IMG/VR virus record: IMGVR_UViG_3300027741_000054
Source of the DNA: an uncultured virus (IMG/VR IMGVR_UViG_3300027741_000054)
Taxonomy: Duplodnaviria > Heunggongvirae > Uroviricota > Caudoviricetes
Length of the DNA stretch: 20,000 bases
Direction: 5' to 3' (one strand)
Shown in pieces: positions 8,808 through 16,398 of the stretch. Positions within the stretch are counted from its first letter, which is position 1; the number at the start of each line of letters is the position of its first letter. The notes under the pieces were generated by a model. That model saw only the letters and a program-made list of their open reading frames with translations. It did not search any database and was not told the origin of the DNA. Position numbers and translations under genes: made by a program.

Positions 8808-10765
8808 CCGCATTCTCCCAAGTCGCTGATGTCCTTACGAGAGGCGTGAAGTCTGAACAACGCAAGTTTAGCCTGGCCCTCCCAATAAAGTTTGGCCTGG
8901 AACATATAACCAAAATTAGACAACCGATTTGTAGGGTCAAGACAAACAGACTCTGGCTTCACAGTTCGGACTGTCCTGAATCCATAGGGAAGATCGGGTG
9001 GAGATTGTGTCGTCAGGACTGGAGTCTCCTGTTCGTTGGGTATCGTCTTCTCTTGAATTGAGTAAAATAAATTAACAAAGTCGGGACTATATTTCAAATT
9101 CCAAGTGACGTCTCCATATACATCTGTAAACCCAACATCTGCCCGCATAAGAGTCTTGATGTCAAAAGGAGTTCCAAATGAAAATCGTTTAGTTTCGACT
9201 GAACATTCAATAGGAGTTGTAACGACACCAGCACTTCGGGAAGGTTTTATCTCGTCGGCATAATCTGCGAGCGTGACTTCATAAAGGCAATTTTTACCAT
9301 CTGAATCGCATGTAATTGCAAAACATCGTCTAGAATTGTCGAACGTTCCTTCCACTAATTTACAAATTTGAAAACCATTCCACTCTCCATCAAAAACAGG
9401 AACTGGTGCATTAAGGACAGAACCTGCATTAAAATCTTTGCTTACAATTTTAGAGAAAACAATGTTAAACCTTCCGGTATAATTACCATTTGCATTAGTG
9501 ATTCTTTGAATCTTTGGGGCTCCACCAAGAAGATATCGACTATCAAATAAAATACCAGGAGCATAAGTTAGCCATCTCTCCGTATCATAAGCCATTACCC
9601 TAGCCGCTTCCAAACTGTTGACAAAACTAAGTATTCCGAACCCACTAATAGTTTGAGCCAGAGATCTTATCCCCTCTAAAGATCTGAAATATATATCTCG
9701 ATCTGTAAGAATAATTGATTCTTGGTTTTCTGATCCTCGACCAACAAATATCTTTCTTTGCATTCCTGGAGTAGTTTGCCAAGTTGTACGATCGTAATTA
9801 GTGGCTCGAATAGCGTAAATTGCATTTTGTGTAAAAACAATAAGGTCTCCTTGGCCAACAGAATTATCTTGTCCCGGTAAAAAGACAAGTCCAGTTATAT
9901 TCTCGTTGAAATAAAAACTTCCGCCACCAGTTAAATAAATTGTTTCAGTAAATTTAATTTCAGCATTCAAGCTTGAGCCAACAAGATCTCCAGCAAAAAG
10001 GTTATTATTGTTTGCCACCCATAACCGACCGTTGCCGTAAGCTACAAGTGAACCTACGGGTATTGAAATATTGTCACGGACAATTCCGGGAGAATAAAAA
10101 AGAAGTGTGGTAACAATAGTCCTTGTCGCGTCTTTACTTAACGTAATAGTTGAATTTTCAATATCAAAAGATGTTACAAAAGTTCCATCTTGCACGGCTC
10201 CGGAATTGGAAGCAACGAACATTCCAACTTCAATTCCAACCACATTTGGTACAGCAATAAGATTATTGTTTGCTCCTAAGACGGCGTCTGTAATGGTAAC
10301 TGCCGGACTGGCTAATTGTGTTTTTCCCTGGGACCTAAAAGAAGTAGCTCCGTCGTAAACAATAGCCGGAGAGGTTCCATCCTGCGAAACTAGAAAAGCG
10401 TTTGCCTGCACCAAGGAAGCTTTTTGAGAAACAAAAGGACTTGTCTCGCCGGCAGGAGAAATATCCCTGGCTTCTGTGGAGGCTTCTAGAGGAGAAAGGT
10501 CATACAATTTTCCGTTGATCAAAGCAATCAGGTCCTGAGTGTTTCGAATTCGATTTGTAAAGTAGCAAGCTCCCTGAACAACGCCAGGAGGAAGTAACTT
10601 AATAAATTTGAAACCGGGGCGGGTCTTGGGAAAACCATCTCGGATAACAATGTTCTCACCCCATGAGTATTGATTCTCTGAGATTAAGGCTGGGTCAACG
10701 GCAGAATTAGCTCCCCCCAGAAAGGACCCCATCCCCTCTGTTAACCTATTCTGGTCCGAGATCAT
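8804..10765 (-). CDS. Putative tail nozzle / tail tubular protein B-like (653 aa)
   Basis: N-terminal 'FLGGANSAVDP...ENIVIRDGFPKTRPG' resembles the start of podovirus nozzle / P22 gp10-like proteins. Beta-propeller-like repeats (YGNGRLWVA, GDLIVFTQNAIYAI); size and context fit. Confidence 0.7.
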   Translation of the reverse strand: MISDQNRLTEGMGSFLGGANSAVDPALISENQYSWGENIVIRDGFPKTRPGFKFIKLLPPGVVQGACYFTNRIRNTQDLIALINGKLYDLSPLEASTEARDISPAGETSPFVSQKASLVQANAFLVSQDGTSPAIVYDGATSFRSQGKTQLASPAVTITDAVLGANNNLIAVPNVVGIEVGMFVASNSGAVQDGTFVTSFDIENSTITLSKDATRTIVTTLLFYSPGIVRDNISIPVGSLVAYGNGRLWVANNNNLFAGDLVGSSLNAEIKFTETIYLTGGGSFYFNENITGLVFLPGQDNSVGQGDLIVFTQNAIYAIRATNYDRTTWQTTPGMQRKIFVGRGSENQESIILTDRDIYFRSLEGIRSLAQTISGFGILSFVNSLEAARVMAYDTERWLTYAPGILFDSRYLLGGAPKIQRITNANGNYTGRFNIVFSKIVSKDFNAGSVLNAPVPVFDGEWNGFQICKLVEGTFDNSRRCFAITCDSDGKNCLYEVTLADYADEIKPSRSAGVVTTPIECSVETKRFSFGTPFDIKTLMRADVGFTDVYGDVTWNLKYSPDFVNLFYSIQEKTIPNEQETPVLTTQSPPDLPYGFRTVRTVKPESVCLDPTNRLSNFGYMFQAKLYWEGQAKLALFRLHASRKDISDLGECG

Positions 10766-11670
10766 TAGACTGCCAGAGTATAAGTTGAGACTATAACGTT
10801 TAAATTAATGGATACTGAACTGTAGGCATTCGTGCTGTAGTTGTGAAAAAATACATTTACAGTATTTGTGGTAGAAACAACAGCTGAAATCGAAACATCG
10901 TTTTCAAAAGTAGATGCGGGATTTGCCGCGTATCCAATAGTCACGACATCCCCTAAAGCCGCGCCAGTGCAGGTAATGGAAACTCGTTGAACTGCTCCTA
11001 CAGTTCCAGCTAACGTAACAGTAGCTGTTGGAGTAAAAAATAAAAGTTTGGTAAGCTCTGCTGCTGGAGTTGCGGTACCAACACGAAGTCTGGTGCCTTT
11101 TACGTACCCAGAAGAAACTAACGTGTTACCGGTGACTTCCATGCTACCGCCAACAGTTAAAGTTGCTCCACCAGAAGCTGGACTAACATTAACGCCAACT
11201 TTGTTTAACACGGCGTCGGCTTGGATTAGGGGAAGACTATTTGATCCGCTCACCCTAAAAGCTGGATTAACGGAGGTAAAAGACTGATTGATATCAATCG
11301 AAGTTAGATTTGGGTCAATGTATCCTGCAACAGATGATGGTGAGATTCTACGGTTTGAAGAGACTGTCGAACCAGAAGCCACTAAATCTATATTGGCTAA
11401 TTCTACTGTAATTGCAGTTGAAGATACAATAGCAAGAACTTGGTAGTACCCAGCCTGAGCAATATAGATGTTTTGCCCTAAAGCAATCCAAGCAGAATCG
11501 CCAACCAAAATAGTTACATTTGATCCTATATTTGGTTGAGTAAAAGAAGCGGTAAGGGTTGTGAAGGCATTAATTCCGTTCGTACCGTCGGTGCCGTTAA
11601 TGCCACCAAAACCTTGAGGTCCTTGGGGTCCGGCTTCTCCAATTACAAGTGTATTACAATCGCAGCTCAT
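10765..11670 (-). CDS. Putative tail fibre-like protein with short collagen segment (301 aa)
   Basis: GGAGGA SD, MSCDC start, Gly-X-Y run (GEAGPQGPQGFGGINGTDGTNG), beta-rich T/V/S remainder, TAATG overlap with the nozzle gene. Confidence 0.65.
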   Translation of the reverse strand: MSCDCNTLVIGEAGPQGPQGFGGINGTDGTNGINAFTTLTASFTQPNIGSNVTILVGDSAWIALGQNIYIAQAGYYQVLAIVSSTAITVELANIDLVASGSTVSSNRRISPSSVAGYIDPNLTSIDINQSFTSVNPAFRVSGSNSLPLIQADAVLNKVGVNVSPASGGATLTVGGSMEVTGNTLVSSGYVKGTRLRVGTATPAAELTKLLFFTPTATVTLAGTVGAVQRVSITCTGAALGDVVTIGYAANPASTFENDVSISAVVSTTNTVNVFFHNYSTNAYSSVSINLNVIVSTYTLAV

Positions 11671-11680
11671 TTAATCCTCC

Positions 11681-12082
11681 TTATGAAAGTGCGCTCCAAG
11701 CGCCAACAGCTCGAACATATAGGGTGGTCGATGCTGTTCCATTAACTCGTAAAAAAATTGACCCGTTCGGTGCTGATAGTGTAGGCACTCCGGTTCCGCA
11801 TAAAATATGAGGAGCATTTGTTCCGGTTGAAGTAGAACTCAAATCAATGGTGCCACCATTTCCATTTCCTGTACTGTAAGTAAAAATATTTCCGCCAGTC
11901 CCACCATTGTTTCTGGTATCAATGGTACCGCCATTCGGGGGAAGAAAAGGATTTGTTAAAATCGCAGCTTTTGCTTGTTCAACAGTTTGAGCTAATAAAG
12001 TTGCCGGCGGGGGAGTTGTATTTGCCCCAGCTGTTCCGCAATCGCAATCTCTGGCGTAGTTGTCGGGATTTGGGAAACTCAT
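11681..12082 (-). CDS. Small fibre/spike-like structural protein (133 aa)
   Basis: Two GGTID repeats and a C-terminal 'GTGVPTLSAPNGSIFLRVNG...TLYVR..GAW' motif of the type seen in phage fibre/spike modules. Confidence 0.55.
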   Translation of the reverse strand: MSFPNPDNYARDCDCGTAGANTTPPPATLLAQTVEQAKAAILTNPFLPPNGGTIDTRNNGGTGGNIFTYSTGNGNGGTIDLSSTSTGTNAPHILCGTGVPTLSAPNGSIFLRVNGTASTTLYVRAVGAWSALS

Positions 12083-12089
12083 CGCAAGT

Positions 12090-12117
12090 AGTATGGCAAC
12101 TGGTTTTTTGGAGTCAA
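12090..12117 (-). promoter_or_regulatory. sigma70-like extended -10 promoter TTGACT-N16-(TGc)CATACT; probably yields a leaderless mRNA
   Basis: -35 at 12117..12112, -10 at 12095..12090 preceded by TGn. ATG at 12082 follows 7 nt after the -10 and there is no SD. Confidence 0.6.
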
Positions 12118-12120
12118 TAT

Positions 12121-12696
12121 TTAAACCGCATCTAGTTCATAACCCGACATTATACAAGAACTACTGAGTGTTGTATAGGGTGTTGCTCCGCCGGAGACGA
12201 ATGCAATAGTAATTCTACAGTTAATAACTTGTCCGGCTGAGACTACTCCGCGGGCTGTTGCAGAGGAGGAACTGCCAGTCCTAACCCAATATCCAGCTAC
12301 TAGGGGGGATGGAAAGGTTAAGCCACCAAAATTAAAAGTATTGGATAGTTGATTCGTAGAGCCAGTTCCTGTGCCTCTAAAAAGCTGAACTGTGGGTAGA
12401 GTTGTAGCTGTTGACCCCACTACGGTATTTAAGGTATACGTAACATCTTGAATTACAAAACGTTTTCCAATCGGAACTGTGTAGACGGGGGTATTAGTAT
12501 TTAACGAATCAAGAAGATTTAGGGCAACTGTAATAACTTTAAAATTCTCTGCACCGGAAGGGCCGGGAGGTCCTTGTGGGCCGGGAGGTCCTTGTGGGCC
12601 GGGAACAGCGGAAGCCGCGGCAATTTGAGCTTCCGTCAAACCTGTTGAAAGAACATTTCGATCTCGAGTTGGATTGTTAACGTCAGCTAAACTCAT
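12121..12696 (-). CDS. Collagen-segment structural protein with C-terminal beta-rich domain (191 aa)
   Basis: GPQGPPGPQGPPGPSG followed by a beta-rich domain (VYTVPIGKRFVIQDV...); ATGA overlap with the nuclease gene. Confidence 0.7.
   Translation of the reverse strand: MSLADVNNPTRDRNVLSTGLTEAQIAAASAVPGPQGPPGPQGPPGPSGAENFKVITVALNLLDSLNTNTPVYTVPIGKRFVIQDVTYTLNTVVGSTATTLPTVQLFRGTGTGSTNQLSNTFNFGGLTFPSPLVAGYWVRTGSSSSATARGVVSAGQVINCRITIAFVSGGATPYTTLSSSCIMSGYELDAV
12560..12604. repeat. Perfect 18-bp tandem repeat, 2.5 copies (gggccgggaggtccttgt), encoding collagen triplets
   Basis: Directly visible at 12560-12577, 12578-12595 and 12596-12604. Confidence 0.95.
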
Positions 12697-13094
12697 TTAT
12701 GTGAAGCTCCTCTCAACACATTCCAATTGTCGCGCCATTTACAGTTAGGTTCAAGATAAATCGACTTTGTGCGGGGAAGTTTTTCTCTTGGTATAATGAA
12801 CAACGCGTCCAGAGTTGTGTGATAAAATATAAAAATATCGCAGTCTATTTTAGAGTATAACCTTTTTTCCATATGCCCAAAACCTGGACCTCTTATCGCA
12901 AAAAACTTTAACTTCCTACGTCGGCAATCTTCATTTCCAATAGTAGTTTTAACCTGTACCCGCGCCATATTTCCCTTCCAATCTGTAACTAAATCATACC
13001 CGTCATCGTAAATGGGCATACTCACAAGAAAACCTTGTTCCATCAATTTAGTGCAAACCTTCTGTACTCCTATTGCTCCTAGTTTAATACTCAT
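12693..13094 (-). CDS. PD-(D/E)XK endonuclease, PDDEXK_5 / I-Ssp6803I-like, free-standing (133 aa)
   Basis: Pattern 'G..VSMP..D..YDLV.D......RVQVKT' and 'YSKIDCDIFIFY'. Start set at ATG 13094 from the ATGA overlap with the endolysin stop. Confidence 0.75.
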   Translation of the reverse strand: MSIKLGAIGVQKVCTKLMEQGFLVSMPIYDDGYDLVTDWKGNMARVQVKTTIGNEDCRRRKLKFFAIRGPGFGHMEKRLYSKIDCDIFIFYHTTLDALFIIPREKLPRTKSIYLEPNCKWRDNWNVLRGASHK

Positions 13095-13633
13095 AACCAG
13101 TTCCTTGCGAGCATTGTACACAATGGTCGACGCTTGCGATAGACCCCATCCCCCTCTCGACTGCCATTATCGTTTGTATTACCTTCTATCGTAACTGCCA
13201 TCTTGCCCTCAATTCGCTCTATAAGCCCCGTGTGAGCCACCCTACGTAAGCTTTGGAAGTATATGCCAAAAGCGTCAGCGGGGCCCGGGGACACGCCTTT
13301 ACCGCGATCCCAAGTGGGTTTAACGACAAAGGCCGGACTCCAAGCGGAACGGGGGAAAGGATTGGACTTCTTGCCGAAAGCCTTGTCTCCTACATAGACA
13401 ACCCAAGCCGCGCACCAAGGAGCACGACTACCTTCTAATCCAACTGTGGCTAAAATCTCGTCCACCACGGCCCCGGAGTTTCCAGGTTCTTCTCGGAGTC
13501 CGATCGTATTTCTGGCAACTTCCATAAGGCTTTCCACTCTTGCTCCTCGCGGTAGTACGACTCCCTGAGCAACTCCCTCTCCGGCACCCAGCAAAGATAG
13601 AGATGCCAAAGCCAGCGCATAAATTATCCACAT
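13091..13633 (-). CDS. CHAP-domain endolysin with N-terminal hydrophobic signal/SAR-like segment (180 aa)
   Basis: 'IGLREEPGNSG', 'PWCAAWV' (catalytic Cys), 'HTGLIE' (His), 'TIEGNT'. Hydrophobic N-terminus MWIIYALALASLSLLGAG; overlaps the holin stop by 10 nt. Confidence 0.85.
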   Translation of the reverse strand: MWIIYALALASLSLLGAGEGVAQGVVLPRGARVESLMEVARNTIGLREEPGNSGAVVDEILATVGLEGSRAPWCAAWVVYVGDKAFGKKSNPFPRSAWSPAFVVKPTWDRGKGVSPGPADAFGIYFQSLRRVAHTGLIERIEGKMAVTIEGNTNDNGSREGDGVYRKRRPLCTMLARNWL

Positions 13634-13965
13634 AACAAGGCAAAAGCTAAGACAAGACCTATGAAAACGGTGACCAGTATGGTCGTTCGCGTCTGTCCGC
13701 TTAGTTCCCGCCAGTCATCCTCCAAAGCATTATTATCCATGTACTGGTCTAAAAACTTGAACTCAATATTGATTATTAGCCAAGCTAATGTCACTGCAAA
13801 GAGCAACTTAACGCCTGCAAACAGAACAACATGAAGGGCTCCAAGGTCTACAACTCCAGCTCCGGGGTCAATAGCGTGAAGGATTGGGCCTAAGGCAAGA
13901 AACAAAACAAGGCCACACGACAAAGCGCCCAAACCCTGGACGTTATCCTTTAGCCACTTTTTCAC
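13624..13965 (-). CDS. Putative holin, three TM segments (113 aa)
   Basis: GTG start directly after the spanin stop, three hydrophobic stretches, immediately upstream of the endolysin. Confidence 0.7.
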   Translation of the reverse strand: MKKWLKDNVQGLGALSCGLVLFLALGPILHAIDPGAGVVDLGALHVVLFAGVKLLFAVTLAWLIINIEFKFLDQYMDNNALEDDWRELSGQTRTTILVTVFIGLVLAFALLCG

Positions 13966-14352
13966 TTAAAAGAGTTTAAGAAAGGGGAAGAAATTACGCA
14001 AGGCCAAAAATGCGGGTAAAAGAAGCATACCGCCGATACCAATCAGGCGCCATTTCCATAATAGACCGACCGATTGGCTGTACTTGGCCTCAAGATACTC
14101 AAGCCTTTCAGCCATCTCCGAACGTTCTTTGAAGTTCTTGTCGACCTGAGACTGGAGCTTTAGGATCTGGTCTTTGGTATTGTCTAGCTCGTCTGCCACG
14201 GGCTTACAGGCGGGGATTGAACGGGCTATGGATTGAGCCTTCAATACGGATTGAGTCGTTGCTTCTAAGGTAAGTGAACCAGAAGAACTATATTTTGTAG
14301 AAGCGCAGGAGGATAGTAAAATGCAAACTATTAATAGCGCAATAAATTTCAT
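13966..14352 (-). CDS. Putative unimolecular spanin (lipoprotein with C-terminal TM, 128 aa)
   Basis: Signal MKFIALLIVCILLSS|C16 (lipobox LSSC, +2 Ala), heptad-like middle region, C-terminal hydrophobic LIGIGGMLLLPAFLAL, adjacent to holin and endolysin. Confidence 0.75.
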   Translation of the reverse strand: MKFIALLIVCILLSSCASTKYSSSGSLTLEATTQSVLKAQSIARSIPACKPVADELDNTKDQILKLQSQVDKNFKERSEMAERLEYLEAKYSQSVGLLWKWRLIGIGGMLLLPAFLALRNFFPFLKLF

Positions 14353-14361
14353 ACTAAATGT

Positions 14362-15633
14362 TTAGCTAGTATAAGTATATACTGAAGTGATTCCAGAAGA
14401 GTTTCCTGGAGCTAAAGGAGTCCAAGTTCCTGTTCCTAATTCAGAGGTATTTTGAGCTACATTACCTATGGCAGAAGAAAAAATATACCAAACTCCTGCG
14501 CTAAAGAAAATAGAGCCGGGGGTTGTGCCAGTTATCTTTGTGAAAGAATTGTCGCTACTCGAAGATCGTGTATATGTTCCATTTGCTTGAGAAAACGACC
14601 CGTTAAAAATATCAATTTGATTAATGTAGGGATCTGGAATAGTTCCAAACTCAACTTTTATTGGTTGAAGAACATATTGCGTTGTTCCAGAAACTGCATA
14701 AGCAACAAAAGAATTAAATGAGTAAGAATTTGGAGAAGTATCGACTGTAGTAATTCTAGCATTAGGCAGAATTGAAGTTACTCTAAGAGAGGACCCTTCT
14801 CTTTTAATTCTTATTGTTATGGAGTAATAAGTACCTGTTACAAGAACCGACGACGCAGTTCCAGATTGAAGTTGAGTATAAACAGAACCAGTTGTGCCAA
14901 TAAGAGAATTGCTACTATTAGGAATTCTCCGGTAAATACCGCCATAAGAAACATTTTTCCCAAACATAAATGCATACCCGCTGGCAGAATTATAAATTGT
15001 AGAGGCTGTTCCTTGGTTTAAATAAGTAGGTTGTCCCGCAATATAATCATTGTTGACTGCTGGATATGTAATCCCCCCATTTACAAGCGGTGAAATATTG
15101 AAAACTCCAAATCGAAGAAAATTAGCGGTGGTTGTGGTTGTTGCTTTGTAATTAAAAGATACTTTTAATGTTTCGCCATCTTGAAGAACTCGTGTAGGTG
15201 GTACAATCCGAGTCCAACCATTTACATCTTCCAATCCAGCAACACTACCTCCGGGAGAATCAACCCGCATAATTGGTGGAAATCCACCACTCCCTCCGCC
15301 AGCCCCAGGACCTGTTTTCCTAAATATCGCATGACCGTATACGCCGCCGTAAATTTCTTCCCCAATTGTATAGGCTCGCCCACTATATTGTGGGTATTTA
15401 TCTTTTGCTGCCTCAAACGCAACAACTAACTGTCCTGATTGGGATGATAAATTTTGTCCTAAAAGACCGGATGTAGTTATTACACTAGCCGTACTTGGGT
15501 AAGCAAAAAATTGTCGCGTTGTAAAACTGTAATCACCAGCTCCCTCATTAATAAAATTATCTTGATACAACGTCAAAGGCGCGTTTCCTCCGATTGCATT
15601 GGCAAGGTTGATGCCTAAACCTAATTTAGGCAT
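14362..15633 (-). CDS. Putative head-spike/fibre protein, multidomain and possibly glycan-binding (423 aa)
   Basis: N-terminal MPKLGLGINL motif, beta-rich lectin-like body, small C-terminal 'NGTY...WYI..S' domain; follows a 96-aa all-beta gene. Confidence 0.55.
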   Translation of the reverse strand: MPKLGLGINLANAIGGNAPLTLYQDNFINEGAGDYSFTTRQFFAYPSTASVITTSGLLGQNLSSQSGQLVVAFEAAKDKYPQYSGRAYTIGEEIYGGVYGHAIFRKTGPGAGGGSGGFPPIMRVDSPGGSVAGLEDVNGWTRIVPPTRVLQDGETLKVSFNYKATTTTTANFLRFGVFNISPLVNGGITYPAVNNDYIAGQPTYLNQGTASTIYNSASGYAFMFGKNVSYGGIYRRIPNSSNSLIGTTGSVYTQLQSGTASSVLVTGTYYSITIRIKREGSSLRVTSILPNARITTVDTSPNSYSFNSFVAYAVSGTTQYVLQPIKVEFGTIPDPYINQIDIFNGSFSQANGTYTRSSSSDNSFTKITGTTPGSIFFSAGVWYIFSSAIGNVAQNTSELGTGTWTPLAPGNSSGITSVYTYTS

Positions 15634-15638
15634 ATAAA

Positions 15639-15929
15639 TTAACCGGCTTTATAAGCAATAACTTTTCCGGAAGCTAAAGTAAAGCCAGTAAATGGACCGT
15701 AAATAATAGTTCCGGCAGTTAAGGTAACACCAACAAGACCACCAACAGTTGAATTAAGGGCAGATAAAGCAGAAAACTGAGCCGCTTCTAAAACTTGAAT
15801 AGCTGCAAAATTGCCTGGCGTTGCTGTAGTGTCCGAAACATAAACGAATCCACGCTGGCCAAGAGAAACGAGAGATGCATCAGTTTCCTGAGTTACGGAT
15901 GGAGCGAGATTTTCATCAAAAAATGCCAT
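15639..15929 (-). CDS. Small all-beta structural protein, putative head-spike base (96 aa)
   Basis: AGGAG SD, alternating hydrophobic strands ending 'AGTIIYGPFTGFTLASGKVIAY', directly upstream of the LGLG protein. Confidence 0.55.
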   Translation of the reverse strand: MAFFDENLAPSVTQETDASLVSLGQRGFVYVSDTTATPGNFAAIQVLEAAQFSALSALNSTVGGLVGVTLTAGTIIYGPFTGFTLASGKVIAYKAG

Positions 15930-15940
15930 AGAGTTCTCCT

Positions 15941-15968
15941 ATTGTGTAGTCTTGTTTTTGTTTGTCAA
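15941..15968 (-). promoter_or_regulatory. sigma70-like promoter TTGACA-N16-CACAAT
   Basis: -35 at 15968..15963 (overlaps the TGA stop of the 71-aa gene), 16-nt spacer, -10 at 15946..15941. Confidence 0.45.
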
Positions 15969-16180
15969 CTGTTCTTGCCAAAAATCTTTGACCAAAAGAA
16001 TTCAGCAAAAGTAGAAATCATAAATGTCATAACAGCTACGACTCCATATCCCATGTGAATATGCTTCTCCACCTTACCGATTCGGTTCTCGTGTTTATCG
16101 CGGGCTTCGAGCAAGGAATCAAGCTTCTCATCCATGCGGGCGGTGCGCTCCAGAAGAGTAATTAGATGGTCATTTTCCAT
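15965..16180 (-). CDS. XhlA-like small membrane protein (coiled coil + single C-terminal TM); second holin-like candidate (71 aa)
   Basis: 'LLERTARMDEKLDSLL...HENRIGKVEK' followed by hydrophobic GYGVVAVMTFMISTFAEFFW. Confidence 0.65.
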   Translation of the reverse strand: MENDHLITLLERTARMDEKLDSLLEARDKHENRIGKVEKHIHMGYGVVAVMTFMISTFAEFFWSKIFGKNS

Positions 16181-16394
16181 GACTAAATATCCTATCTAGG
16201 GTCGGGTATAACCGTGATTTCATCTTATTGGCAGTATAGCTCTCAACACCCAGCAAAGGCAAGAATAGCTCGAAACAAAGTTCGAACGATTCTCGCTCAT
16301 AACAGGCTTTGGGCCTGGCGGGTTTCTTGCCGGTGTCAAGATCCTGGAGATCATTCCAGGCTTGTTTGACAACCGCCAAGATGAGCTTGTCCAC
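16170..16394 (-). CDS. Hypothetical protein (74 aa)
   Basis: GTG at 16394, 4 nt after the upstream stop (MDKLILAVVKQAWNDL...). The track's start at 16538 would overlap the upstream gene by 140 nt. Confidence 0.55.
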   Translation of the reverse strand: MDKLILAVVKQAWNDLQDLDTGKKPARPKACYERESFELCFELFLPLLGVESYTANKMKSRLYPTLDRIFSHGK

Positions 16395-16398
16395 GGCT

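Noticed and set aside
12693..13121. Group I intron around the PD-(D/E)XK nuclease
   Set aside because: Flanking genes appear intact and overlap the ORF by ATGA on both sides, leaving no room for a ribozyme core.
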